This document shows positions 37,969-47,125 of a DNA stretch of 64,000 bases, in pieces. The position numbers and the translations under genes were made by a program. Positions within the stretch are counted from its first letter, which is position 1; every line of letters begins with the position of its first letter. This DNA is from Candidatus Zambryskibacteria bacterium CG10_big_fil_rev_8_21_14_0_10_42_12. GTDB taxonomy: Bacteria > Patescibacteriota > Minisyncoccia > Phycocordibacterales > 1-14-0-10-42-12. The stretch lies in assembly GCA_002787695.1 (NCBI GenBank), contig PCXL01000013.1:31168-95167 (forward strand), read 5' to 3'. The notes beneath the pieces are model-generated. The model was not told the origin of the DNA, ran no database searches, and saw only the letters and a list, made by a program, of their open reading frames with translations.

Positions 37969-39609
37969 TTAATATCCCATTCCTCCCATATCTGGTGCAC
38001 CATTTTCTTTCTTTTCCTCTGGAATATCGGTGATTGCTACTTCTGTGGTGAGGAAAATGCCTGCAGCACTGGCTGCGTTTTGGAGCGCCGTACGTGTTAC
38101 TTTCACCGGATCAATAATGCCGGCTAGAAGCATGTCGTCTACTATTTTGTCGTTTAGTGCATCGTATCCTGCATTTTCTTTCTTAGATTCGAGCACCTTT
38201 TCTACAATGATAGAACCGTCTCCTTTGCCACTGTTTGCAGCAATTTGCTTGAGTGGAGAGACGAGTGCATCAATCACGATAGAGTAGCCAAGCCTCAGAT
38301 CCGCATCATCTAGTTTATCCATTGCTCCGTAAACTTTCTGTGCCGTTTTCACAAGAGCACTTCCGCCTCCGGCGACTACACCTTCGGCGATCGCTGCTTT
38401 GGTAGCATTGACTGCGTCCTCAATCTTGAGTTTCAAATATTTCATCTCGGTTTCTGTCGGTGCTCCTACACGAATGACCGCAACGCCACCAGAGAGCTTT
38501 GCTATACGTTCATCGAGTTTTTCTTTGTCATATTTTGAAGTTGTTTTTGTGCGCTGTGCCTTGATCGCTTCCACCCGTGCTTCAATATCTGCTTTCTTAC
38601 CTTTTCCTCCGACAATAAGTGTTGAATCTTTTGTAGATACGATACGACTTGCTTTACCAAGAATTGACAGATCGGCTGTTTCAAAGGTTAGTCCCGTGCT
38701 TTCAGTAAGCACCGTACCACCAACAGTAGTCGCAATATCTTCAAGCATTTCTTTCTTTCGGTCTCCATAACCGGGCGCTTTGATACCGAGCACAGAGAAT
38801 CCGCCACGAAGTTTGTTTACCACAAACGTCGTCAGTGCTTCCCCTTCTATATCATCTGCAATAATAACAAGCTCTTTAACGCCTGATTGTGTTACTTTCT
38901 CCAAGAAAGGCAAAATTTCTTTTACATTTGAAACTTTTTTGTCTGTAATGAGAATTGCAGGATCTTTGAATTCAGCCTCCATGCGCTCTGCGTTCGTTAT
39001 CATGTATGCAGATACATACCCTTTATCAAACTCAAGCCCTTTTACAACTTCTGGTTCTTCAATAGAGAGTGATTGTGCTTCTTCTACTGTTACAACACCG
39101 TCTTTGCCAACTTTTTCGATCGTATTGGCAATGATGCGCCCAATCTCTTCGCTTTCTGCAGAAATAGTTGCGACTTGTTTTATTTCATCTTTATCCTTAA
39201 TAGGTTTTGCTGCTTTTTTGAGAGCTTCTACTGCAACGGTAGCTGCTTTTTCAATACCGCGACGAAGCGTCATAGCATTAACCCCAAGTGCCGTATGGCG
39301 CATGCCTTCTGAAATAAGTGCGTGTGTCAAAACTGTTGCAGTCGTAGTACCGTCTCCTGCTATGTCATTTGTTTTTTGGGCAACCTCTTTAATAATCTCC
39401 GCACCCATATTCTCAAATTTGTCTTTGAGACTTATTTCTTTAGCAATAGATACGCCGTCGTTTGTGATCATGGGACCACCGTATCCACGATCAAGGGCCA
39501 CATTTCTACCACGAGGACCGATGGTTACACGCACTGCGTTTGCGACAACATCAATGCCGTTCTTTAGCTTTGCGCGAGCGTCTTCATGAAAAATTACTTG
39601 TTTTGCCAT
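37969..39609 (-). CDS. groL: Chaperonin GroEL
   Basis: AAVEEGVVAGGG-like motifs and the MGGMGY C-terminus. Confidence 0.97.
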   Translation of the reverse strand: MAKQVIFHEDARAKLKNGIDVVANAVRVTIGPRGRNVALDRGYGGPMITNDGVSIAKEISLKDKFENMGAEIIKEVAQKTNDIAGDGTTTATVLTHALISEGMRHTALGVNAMTLRRGIEKAATVAVEALKKAAKPIKDKDEIKQVATISAESEEIGRIIANTIEKVGKDGVVTVEEAQSLSIEEPEVVKGLEFDKGYVSAYMITNAERMEAEFKDPAILITDKKVSNVKEILPFLEKVTQSGVKELVIIADDIEGEALTTFVVNKLRGGFSVLGIKAPGYGDRKKEMLEDIATTVGGTVLTESTGLTFETADLSILGKASRIVSTKDSTLIVGGKGKKADIEARVEAIKAQRTKTTSKYDKEKLDERIAKLSGGVAVIRVGAPTETEMKYLKLKIEDAVNATKAAIAEGVVAGGGSALVKTAQKVYGAMDKLDDADLRLGYSIVIDALVSPLKQIAANSGKGDGSIIVEKVLESKKENAGYDALNDKIVDDMLLAGIIDPVKVTRTALQNAASAAGIFLTTEVAITDIPEEKKENGAPDMGGMGY

Positions 39610-39610
39610 T

Positions 39611-39696
39611 TAAATTAGCTTTTAGCTTAAAGCTTTTAGCTTTTAGCTTTGATTCGAATCAAAAGCATGAAGCGTAAAGCGAGAAGCCCGAAGCGG
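39611..39696. repeat. groES-groEL intercistronic long imperfect inverted repeat built from 7-nt periodic units (TAGCTTT x5 ... GATTCGAATC palindrome ... [A/G]AAGC-N2 x5)
   Basis: tagcttttagcttaaagcttttagcttttagctttgattcgaatcaaaagcatgaagcgtaaagcgagaagcccgaagcgg. Confidence 0.6.
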
Positions 39697-40032
39697 TTAT
39701 CTTATTATTGCTAAAATATTGTCTTCCTTGAGCATGTAGTAATCTTCGCCTTCGACTTTTATTTCATCATATGCATATTTTGAGAAAATAACGGTATCCC
39801 CCACGTTTACAGAAATAGGAATACGTACACCATCATCTATTCTTCCGTCACCAACTGCCAATACTTTTCCTTGTTCCGGTTTTTCTTTATCTAATGTATC
39901 AGGAATAATAATGCCACTTACCGTTTTACCACCCATCTCTTCAGGTGAAAATGGTTTTACAAGAACTCTGTCTCCGAGTGGAACAATGTTTATCTTCTTT
40001 ACAGAAGACGCTTTTTTTATGGTTTTCTTCAT
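39697..40032 (-). CDS. groS: Co-chaperonin GroES
   Basis: IVPLGDRVLVKP mobile-loop region. About 100 aa. Confidence 0.95.
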   Translation of the reverse strand: MKKTIKKASSVKKINIVPLGDRVLVKPFSPEEMGGKTVSGIIIPDTLDKEKPEQGKVLAVGDGRIDDGVRIPISVNVGDTVIFSKYAYDEIKVEGEDYYMLKEDNILAIIR

Positions 40033-40046
40033 ACAGTGAGTCTATC

Positions 40047-40066
40047 TTATTATCTCTTAATAATAA
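40047..40066 (-). promoter_or_regulatory. Candidate operator: 7-bp inverted repeat TTATTAT-N6-ATAATAA in the groES 5' UTR (not a canonical CIRCE)
   Basis: Perfect IR 15 nt upstream of the groES start codon and downstream of the predicted -10. Confidence 0.3.
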
Positions 40067-40077
40067 AATGCGAGGAC

Positions 40078-40106
40078 ATTATAATGAGCACAGATAAAGT
40101 ATGCAA
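40078..40106 (-). promoter_or_regulatory. Candidate groES promoter TTGCAT-N17-TATAAT
   Basis: Minus-strand TTGCAT (40106-40101) and TATAAT (40083-40078) with a 17-nt spacer. Confidence 0.4.
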
Positions 40107-40188
40107 TAGTGAAGGGCGCGACATCGCTGTCGCGCCCTTTGTTGCGCCAAAGACCCCTCTTTGACACCACCAGAAACCCCGTTCCGGC

Positions 40189-40827
40189 TTACCTCTTCGT
40201 GTAGCGCTTCCGGAGAAGCGCGAGACCGATCAGTGCCGTGCCCATGAGAAGGCTTGTAGTCGGCTCCGGCACTGCTTCGACGCTGATGATCTGATCATTG
40301 AAGTCGTAATCCGTCGGACTTCTCAGATCTTCGACGCCAACGGACCATCCATTTGTAGACCCTGCACTTCTCATTGCGAGGAATCGATCGATTGAACTCG
40401 ATGAGAACACGTCGCCTCCGCCCGTGTTGATGACAAACGCCCATCCCTCGAGGGGAGCAATCGTCTGTTTCATGATCGGACTGTCGGGACCGTCAAAGAT
40501 CGGATTGAATGTCGCGAGGTTACTGAGCGGTGCCCAGCCGAGCTGGTTAGAACCCGCGTAGCCCGCCACTTCGGTCAGCAGAGTAACGTTGTATGTCCCA
40601 GCGCTGAAGCTGAACATGCCTGGCACTCCGCCTGAGAGCAGGTACTCATCGACCTGCCCAGAGAGAATGTCGACTGCCGTCCCGGGTGGATTGCCATCCC
40701 AAGAGGGGCCGAGCGCTGGTGGCGTGTTCGACCAGGTCGAACCTCCAATCGCGCTGATCGTTGCCGCCGAGAGTGGCAAAGTGAAGAACATGAGGGTGGT
40801 CGCAAGGACCAAGTGTTGAAATTTCAA
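40189..40827 (-). CDS. GC-rich secreted protein with a signal peptide and a C-terminal PEP-CTERM sorting motif. TTG start with a GGAGA SD
   Basis: C-terminus VPEPTTSLLMGTALIGLALLRKRYTKR (PEP + TM + basic tail). N-terminus MKFQHLVLATTLMFFTLPLSAA. About 58-60% GC against ~40% in the flanks. Terminator hairpin at 40118-40145. Confidence 0.55.
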   Translation of the reverse strand: MKFQHLVLATTLMFFTLPLSAATISAIGGSTWSNTPPALGPSWDGNPPGTAVDILSGQVDEYLLSGGVPGMFSFSAGTYNVTLLTEVAGYAGSNQLGWAPLSNLATFNPIFDGPDSPIMKQTIAPLEGWAFVINTGGGDVFSSSSIDRFLAMRSAGSTNGWSVGVEDLRSPTDYDFNDQIISVEAVPEPTTSLLMGTALIGLALLRKRYTKR

Positions 40828-40956
40828 CGGGGGATCTCCTCGGGCCCTGCTGTACGCATCGGCCCTACCAGTTATTTACATTACATAAAAATAATGAATT
40901 GTCAATGAAATTACACATATTGCCCCATTTTTCATTCCATGTATAATGGACCTCAC

Positions 40957-41181
40957 ATGGACGCAATTCTGCCATACATACAGATATTTCTATCCATTCT
41001 CCTTATCGTACTTATCCTGCTTCAAAGATCTGAAGCCGGTCTTGGAAGCGCTTTTGGAGGCGGAGATTCGATGAGTTCGATAAACTACACCCGACGAGGC
41101 TTTGAGCGAGTGCTCTTTTCTGCAACTATCGTTATCGCAATTCTGTTTGTATTGTCTGTATTTACTGCACTGGTACTCTAA
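40957..41181 (+). CDS. secG: Preprotein translocase subunit SecG, apparently leaderless (-10 TATAAT 10 nt before the ATG)
   Basis: Two TM helices and a LLQRSEAGLGSAFGGG glycine-rich loop. TTGCCC-N16-TATAAT at 40920-40946. Confidence 0.6.
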   Translation: MDAILPYIQIFLSILLIVLILLQRSEAGLGSAFGGGDSMSSINYTRRGFERVLFSATIVIAILFVLSVFTALVL

Positions 41182-41234
41182 AACAATAAATTATTTGTAA
41201 CTAAAAGAGACATATTTGTGTCTCACATACTATT

Positions 41235-42959
41235 GTGGCATTGGAACATAACCTTCCGGAAAAGAAGACCGGGACATTAGGCAAGCTTCACGAAGCACTT
41301 CCGTATACATCACTCATGGAACGCATTTTGCTTTTCCTGTTTGCTGTAGCACTTATCGGCGCAACACTGTTAATGTTGTGGCGCATAAATGAAAACTTTT
41401 TAGTCACCGTACCCGCTGATGGCGGATCACTTGTCGAGGGTATTGTAGGTACCCCACGATTTGTTAATCCGGTCCTTGCACTCACTGATGCTGATAAAGA
41501 TCTTTCAATGCTTGTATATTCTGGACTCATGCGACCAAGTGTTGATGGATTAACGTTTGATTTAGCAGAAAATTACGACATATCTGAGGACGGACTTACG
41601 TATACATTTCATATAAAAGACAACATAACATTTCATAATGGAGATTCTGTGACCGCCGAAGATGTTGCTTATACCATCTCCATGATCCAAGACCCGCTCG
41701 TTAAAAGTCCACAGCGATCAAATTGGGAAGGTGTAAAGGTAAGCATTGTTGATCAGTACACAATCAGTTTTACATTAAAAGAATCTTACTCTTCGTTTCT
41801 TGAGAATACAACGTTAGGCATATTGCCCAAATCTGTATGGAAAGACTTGAGTCCTGAGCAATTTTCTCTATCTGAACAAAACGTAAACCCCATTGGTTCG
41901 GGGCCATACAAAATAGCTTCGATTGATAAAGATAAAGACGGATTTCCTAAAACGTACATACTAAAACCATTTACATCATATGCACTCGGTGCACCACATA
42001 TTTCTCGCATCACCACGCATTTCTTCGTAAATCAGACTGAACTTATTGAAGCATTGAAGCGCAAGGAAATAGACTCTGCGAGTGCCATCACCCCATCTCA
42101 TATCAAAGACCTTTCTGAAGGACAATTCCATTTTGAAACTGTTGTACTACCTCGTGTATTCGCAATATTTTTTAATCAAAATAAACAACCAGTCTTTGCA
42201 AACACAGAAGTCCGAGAGGCACTCAATACTGCTGTAAACAGAGACATCTTGATCGAAACGGTGCTTGGTGGATTTGGAGAAGCACTTGACGGACCATCAC
42301 CCGATGATGTACAAACATATGATACAGAGGAAGACCCCATTTTAATCGCTCAAACCATTCTCGAAGAAAACGATTGGGAAAAGGATGAAAGTGGTATCTA
42401 TAAAAACGGATCAGAAACTCTCGCATTTACAATCACTACTGCTGACGTGCCAGAATTAAAGGCGGCAGCAGAACATGTTCAAAGCGTCTGGAGACTCGTT
42501 GGTGCTGATGTGAAAGTCGAAGTATACGATACAACCGCTTTGAACCAAAATGTTATACGACCTCGCGAATTCGACGCACTCCTGTTTGGTGAAGTAGTCG
42601 GCAGAGATAGAGATTTGTATCCATTTTGGCACTCCTCTGGCAGAAATGATCCAGGACTCAATGTCGCCCTCTATACGAACGGTGCAGTTGACAAACTGCT
42701 CGAGAGTATGCGCAAAACAACTGATCCGGTCACATGGCAGACTGATTATGAGGCTGTAAGAGAAGAGATTAAATCCGACTTTCCCGCAGTATTCTTGTAT
42801 GCGCCCAAGCTTATATATATAACGCCTGATTTCGTAAACAATTTCTCATTTGCTGATATTGGAATCGCCTCAGAACGATTCAGTACAATTCATGAGTGGT
42901 ATATCGATACACAACGCGTTTGGAACATATTTGCACAAAAAACAATTAAAAATTATTAG
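41235..42959 (+). CDS. ABC transporter substrate-binding protein, family 5 (oligopeptide/nickel type), membrane-anchored
   Basis: N-terminal TM anchor and an SBP_bac_5 length and pattern (PIGSGPYK, DYEAVREEI). Confidence 0.75.
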   Translation: MALEHNLPEKKTGTLGKLHEALPYTSLMERILLFLFAVALIGATLLMLWRINENFLVTVPADGGSLVEGIVGTPRFVNPVLALTDADKDLSMLVYSGLMRPSVDGLTFDLAENYDISEDGLTYTFHIKDNITFHNGDSVTAEDVAYTISMIQDPLVKSPQRSNWEGVKVSIVDQYTISFTLKESYSSFLENTTLGILPKSVWKDLSPEQFSLSEQNVNPIGSGPYKIASIDKDKDGFPKTYILKPFTSYALGAPHISRITTHFFVNQTELIEALKRKEIDSASAITPSHIKDLSEGQFHFETVVLPRVFAIFFNQNKQPVFANTEVREALNTAVNRDILIETVLGGFGEALDGPSPDDVQTYDTEEDPILIAQTILEENDWEKDESGIYKNGSETLAFTITTADVPELKAAAEHVQSVWRLVGADVKVEVYDTTALNQNVIRPREFDALLFGEVVGRDRDLYPFWHSSGRNDPGLNVALYTNGAVDKLLESMRKTTDPVTWQTDYEAVREEIKSDFPAVFLYAPKLIYITPDFVNNFSFADIGIASERFSTIHEWYIDTQRVWNIFAQKTIKNY

Positions 42960-42986
42960 TTTCAGTTTATTTACAATTAACATTTC

Positions 42987-44951
42987 ATGACAATACGAAC
43001 ATACAGAAGGGATACACCTTCTCACCCTAAAGAATCATCTTCAGACGGAAGACCGCGCGTGCGTACGGTGCGCCTTTCTCCACAGGGAAAAAATCCAGTT
43101 AAAGGTCGTCCACTTCGAGACCAGAAAGAACGCGAACAAAGACCGGCACGACCACACGGGCATCACAAACCAACCAGGCCTGCCGGAAAATCAAGGATGA
43201 ATCGCAATTTTCCGAGAGTTAAACATGCTGGCTCGCGAAGAGAGACTCATGCAGAGGTCACCATTCCTCCTGTAGGAGACAACATTCGCATCATGCCACT
43301 TGGCGGTGTAGAGGAGATCGGTCGCAACATGACCGCTATCGAGATTGGAAACGATATTTTCGTTATTGACGCCGGATTTCAATTTAGAGATGAAGATACG
43401 CCTGGCATTGACTACATTCTTCCAAATATTAAATATCTTGAAGACAACAAAGACAGGGTTCGTGCAGTAATTATCACTCATGGTCACCTTGATCACATCG
43501 GTGGTATTCCCTACATCATGAATCGCATTGGCAATCCTCCACTCTACTCTCGAGCGCTCACCACGGTGATGATAAAAAAACGTCAAGAGGAATTTCCTCA
43601 TTTGCCACCTATTGATATCAAAGTGGTTGAGAAAAACGACAGAATAACTATAGGAAATCTCAAGGTGCGCTTCTATGCAGTTTCGCACACTATCCCGGAT
43701 TCAATGGGAATCATTATCGAATCACCATACGGATGGATTACCACACCGGGTGACGTGAAGCTCGATCATATTGATGGTGAACCTACTGACGCAGAAAAAG
43801 GTGAATACGCAGTATTTAAGGATCAAAATGTACTGTTTCTCATGATGGACTCAACAAACGTTGATCATCCTGGTTGGTCTACACCAGAAAGAAAAGTAAC
43901 TGAAGGCATGGATCACGTGATTAAAAACACAAAAGGCCGTCTCATCATCGGTACTTTTGCGTCACAGATCGAACGCATGCTCAATATTATCGAGATTTGC
44001 GAAAAATATGGAAAGAAAGTCGTCGTTGAAGGACGTAGTATGAAGCAGAATATCGAAATTGTTCGTGCAACCGGAAGACTCAAAACCAAGGAAGGCACTC
44101 TCATCTCTGTTGAACAAATGCAAGATTATCCACCAGATAGGATCGTGGCTCTCGTAACAGGAGCACAAGGAGACGAGTTTGCCGCCCTCATGCGCATGTC
44201 TATGAAGACTCACAAATACTTCACTGTTTCAAAGCGCGATACGATTTTGCTTTCTTCGTCTATCATTCCAGGCAACGAAACCTCTGTACAGAGACTCAAA
44301 GACAATCTTGCGCGACAAGGTGCAAAAATTATTCACTACAGATCAAGTGATGTATATATTCACTCAACTGGACATGGTAATCGTGGTGAACTTGAATGGA
44401 TTCACAAACAGATCAAACCAAAATTCTTTATGCCAATTCACGGCAGTCACTACATGCTACGGGTACATGAGGATCTCGCACAATCAGTTGGTATGCCAGC
44501 TGACCACATTGTTGTTCCAGACAATGGCTCAATCGTTGAAATACAAGAGAAAGGTGCAAAAATGGTGGTATTACCTCAGAAAACTCCAGGAGGACCACTT
44601 ATCGTTGACGGATTCTCCGTTGGTAGCATCCAAGATGTTGTGATTCGAGATCGCAAGATGCTCGCCGCTGACGGCATGTTTATCATCGTTGCAAGCCTCA
44701 ATATGAAAACGGGTAAATTAAAGAAAAGTCCTGACCTCATCTCTCGTGGTTTCGTGTATCTTAGAGAGTCACAGGAACTCTTAAACAATGCACGCGGTGT
44801 AATCAAACAAACAATTGAGACCAGTACAAAGGGCATGAATCCGATCAATTTTGATTTCATCAAAGGACAAGTAACGGATGCCGTGAGCGCATATCTCTTC
44901 CAAAAAACAGCAAAGAGACCTGTTGTTATTCCAGTTATTCTTGGAGTGTAG
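42987..44951 (+). CDS. rnj: Ribonuclease J (beta-CASP metallo-beta-lactamase) with an Arg/Lys/Pro-rich N-terminal extension
   Basis: ITHGHLDHIGG HxHxDH motif and beta-CASP motifs. About 90-aa basic N-terminal tail. Confidence 0.9.
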   Translation: MTIRTYRRDTPSHPKESSSDGRPRVRTVRLSPQGKNPVKGRPLRDQKEREQRPARPHGHHKPTRPAGKSRMNRNFPRVKHAGSRRETHAEVTIPPVGDNIRIMPLGGVEEIGRNMTAIEIGNDIFVIDAGFQFRDEDTPGIDYILPNIKYLEDNKDRVRAVIITHGHLDHIGGIPYIMNRIGNPPLYSRALTTVMIKKRQEEFPHLPPIDIKVVEKNDRITIGNLKVRFYAVSHTIPDSMGIIIESPYGWITTPGDVKLDHIDGEPTDAEKGEYAVFKDQNVLFLMMDSTNVDHPGWSTPERKVTEGMDHVIKNTKGRLIIGTFASQIERMLNIIEICEKYGKKVVVEGRSMKQNIEIVRATGRLKTKEGTLISVEQMQDYPPDRIVALVTGAQGDEFAALMRMSMKTHKYFTVSKRDTILLSSSIIPGNETSVQRLKDNLARQGAKIIHYRSSDVYIHSTGHGNRGELEWIHKQIKPKFFMPIHGSHYMLRVHEDLAQSVGMPADHIVVPDNGSIVEIQEKGAKMVVLPQKTPGGPLIVDGFSVGSIQDVVIRDRKMLAADGMFIIVASLNMKTGKLKKSPDLISRGFVYLRESQELLNNARGVIKQTIETSTKGMNPINFDFIKGQVTDAVSAYLFQKTAKRPVVIPVILGV

Positions 44952-45003
44952 AGGAAGTCAAGAGTCATAAGTCCTCAGTCAAACGCAATACAAAAAAGAA
45001 TGA

Positions 45004-45024
45004 CCCGCCACCGGCGGGTTTTTC
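45004..45024. terminator. Bidirectional hairpin terminator between rnj (+) and a minus-strand gene. A second GC hairpin at 45032-45063 overlaps the stop of the minus gene
   Basis: aaaaaagaatga-cccgcc-acc-ggcggg-tttttc. Confidence 0.6.
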
Positions 45025-45061
45025 TATTGGAAGGGGCACGGCGGGCCCGAAGGCCCGCCCC

Positions 45062-45520
45062 TTACGCAACTTTTTGTCTACAATTCTGCAGACTGTCGCT
45101 CTCGATGCGTTTGATGAGAGCCTGACCTAGCTTCTCTGGATCACTCGATACAAGCAACACCTCATGATCGATTGGTGCACCCTTTGCAGGGCGCCACCCA
45201 ACCATTGCGCGACCCTTTCGAATGAGGTATACACGCGTTACGTTCCCATACTTCACCAAAATACATGAAGCTTGTGGAAGGTGTCGCAGTGCATAGACCA
45301 AAAGGCCACGATCACGGGCATAGGTAGCACAATCATCAAGAACAGCTTCGCGTGCTACACGCCGCGTCATACGGCGTTTTGGCAATCGCATCTCGTATAT
45401 GATTTCTCTTTTCCCCACAAGCGGCAACGCCATGAAGACAAGACAAATCGCGAGAAGAATCCACAACGTCATAAAATGACTCCGAAAGAACGGTGTCCCA
45501 AATGGGACTTTGCTCCGCAA
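45062..45520 (-). CDS. Hypothetical membrane-anchored protein (moderately GC-rich)
   Basis: One N-terminal TM. No confident family. The start is probably at the internal MTLWILL. Confidence 0.35.
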   Translation of the reverse strand: MRSKVPFGTPFFRSHFMTLWILLAICLVFMALPLVGKREIIYEMRLPKRRMTRRVAREAVLDDCATYARDRGLLVYALRHLPQASCILVKYGNVTRVYLIRKGRAMVGWRPAKGAPIDHEVLLVSSDPEKLGQALIKRIESDSLQNCRQKVA

Positions 45521-45587
45521 GAGAGAATAACCTATCGCGATTAATATGGCAAATGTGAATATGTTTTGAGGAGGACCGTAGTCCTCC

Positions 45588-45746
45588 TCACTTCTTCACC
45601 TCCTGTAGATTACGACGAGCCTTTTGTTCGTCTCGCCAGAGACGGAATCCTAAATAGGCACCCACGAGCAGTTCTGCACCGCACATAAACCAGGCAAAGC
45701 CCCATCCGGGTTCCCAGTTCGCCAACAAATCAAAAAAGGGGTTCAT
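45588..45746 (-). CDS. Small hydrophobic ORF (52 aa, MNPFFDLLANWEPGWGFAWFMCGAELLVGAYLGFRLWRDEQKARRNLQEVKK) followed by a perfect 9-bp hairpin
   Basis: ATG at 45746. Stop abuts gaggaggac-cgta-gtcctcctc. Below the ORF-track cutoff. Confidence 0.25.
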   Translation of the reverse strand: MNPFFDLLANWEPGWGFAWFMCGAELLVGAYLGFRLWRDEQKARRNLQEVKK

Positions 45747-45848
45747 CCTGTAGTACTCCCGTGTAATTTTTTACCATACTTCATATTTTTTGTAAAGCCA
45801 TTCTTTATATACAGTGCACATCTCTCATATATCCGTACAATTAAAGAC

Positions 45849-47030
45849 ATGTTTTCTTTTTTCAGACGTTACAGCACTTCACAAGTTGTGTCAGTATATG
45901 CAGCAAATGTAGTACTTGCGCTCCATTTTGCCCTCATATTGTTTGCAAACTCAACATTTTTAGAAGAATCCTTTAGTAACACTGCTATTAGTTTATTGTA
46001 CGCAGGCGGATCTATTCTTTCCGTATTTATCTTCTTACTTATCCCTCACATTATTGAAAGATTTACCATATTTACCACAGCACTTTTTTTTATATTATGT
46101 GAATTTATAAGTATCGGAGGCATGGCTGTCGCGGGCAATCCAGTAATACTGGCTACATTATTTGTGTTACATACAGCTCTCATTTCCATCTTGTTTTATA
46201 TCTGTGACGTATATCTAGAAAAAAGTACAAAAGAAGAAGTCGTGACAGGGAGTACGCGCGGCACATATCTGACACTTACCAATATTGCGTTCATGATTGC
46301 ACCACTTTTAACCGGCATCATTGTCAGCGTATATGGCTATCGATATGTATATGCGTGTTCGGCACTTTTACTTTTCCCGCTCCTCTATATGTTTATCAAA
46401 TGGCTCCGTCCGATTCGCTCAGAATCTGAAGTGTTAGTACCAACCAATATTCCAAAAGATACCACCATATCCATCCGTAATAAGAAAATATTTTACCCTC
46501 TCTTTGCTCAAATCGTTCTCCAATTTTTCTTCGCCTTTATGGTGATTTACCTTCCGATTTACCTTATTACAGAAATAGGTTTTACTTGGAAAATATTGGG
46601 GCCAATTTTTACTATCATGCTACTTCCTTATGTATTATTTGAATTACCTGTGGGATATTTGGCAGATAGTAGATATGGGGAGAAAGAGTTCATGATCGGT
46701 GGCTTCTTACTTATTGCAGCAACCATGGTTGCAATCACGCTACCTGAAACACCACATGCCATACTGTGGTCAGTACTACTTTTTCTTTCTCGTGTGGGGG
46801 CTAGCTTTGCTGAGATCACGACGGAAACAAATTTCTTTAGACAAGTTGATGGCAGTGATGAAGGAATCATATCCCTATTTAGACTCTCTCGGCCACTCGC
46901 CTATGTTCTCGCCGCTATCGTAGGAACAATTTCCTTAGCTTACCTACCTTTCACCGCGCTATTTTTAGTACTCGCAGGCATTATTCTGGTAGGTGTTATT
47001 GTTTTACTCCCCATGAAAGATAGCCGGTGA
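45849..47030 (+). CDS. MFS transporter
   Basis: About 12 TM helices with MFS spacing. Confidence 0.7.
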   Translation: MFSFFRRYSTSQVVSVYAANVVLALHFALILFANSTFLEESFSNTAISLLYAGGSILSVFIFLLIPHIIERFTIFTTALFFILCEFISIGGMAVAGNPVILATLFVLHTALISILFYICDVYLEKSTKEEVVTGSTRGTYLTLTNIAFMIAPLLTGIIVSVYGYRYVYACSALLLFPLLYMFIKWLRPIRSESEVLVPTNIPKDTTISIRNKKIFYPLFAQIVLQFFFAFMVIYLPIYLITEIGFTWKILGPIFTIMLLPYVLFELPVGYLADSRYGEKEFMIGGFLLIAATMVAITLPETPHAILWSVLLFLSRVGASFAEITTETNFFRQVDGSDEGIISLFRLSRPLAYVLAAIVGTISLAYLPFTALFLVLAGIILVGVIVLLPMKDSR

Positions 47031-47125
47031 TACAAGTAGATAGTACTTGGTAACTAGTAGGTAGAAATAATACCAAACGTGGCGCACCGAAGGTGCACCA
47101 CGTTCTAATTACCAAGTACTAAGTA

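Noticed and set aside
39611-39696. CRISPR array suggested by the short tandem repeats (TAGCTTT)n and the AGGT-CTAGG units at 3211
   Set aside because: The units are 7-10 nt with no spacers, there are only 3-5 copies, and there are no cas genes. These are microsatellite or terminator-associated repeats.
40033-40188. CIRCE/HrcA operator upstream of groES
   Set aside because: No TTAGCACTC-N9-GAGTGCTAA is present. Only a different 7-bp IR was found.
40189-40827. Assembly chimera or contamination as the explanation for GC-rich blocks
   Set aside because: It cannot be excluded without reads. Each block is embedded between AT-rich promoters and terminators with native-looking junctions, so they are reported as candidate HGT cassettes rather than dismissed.
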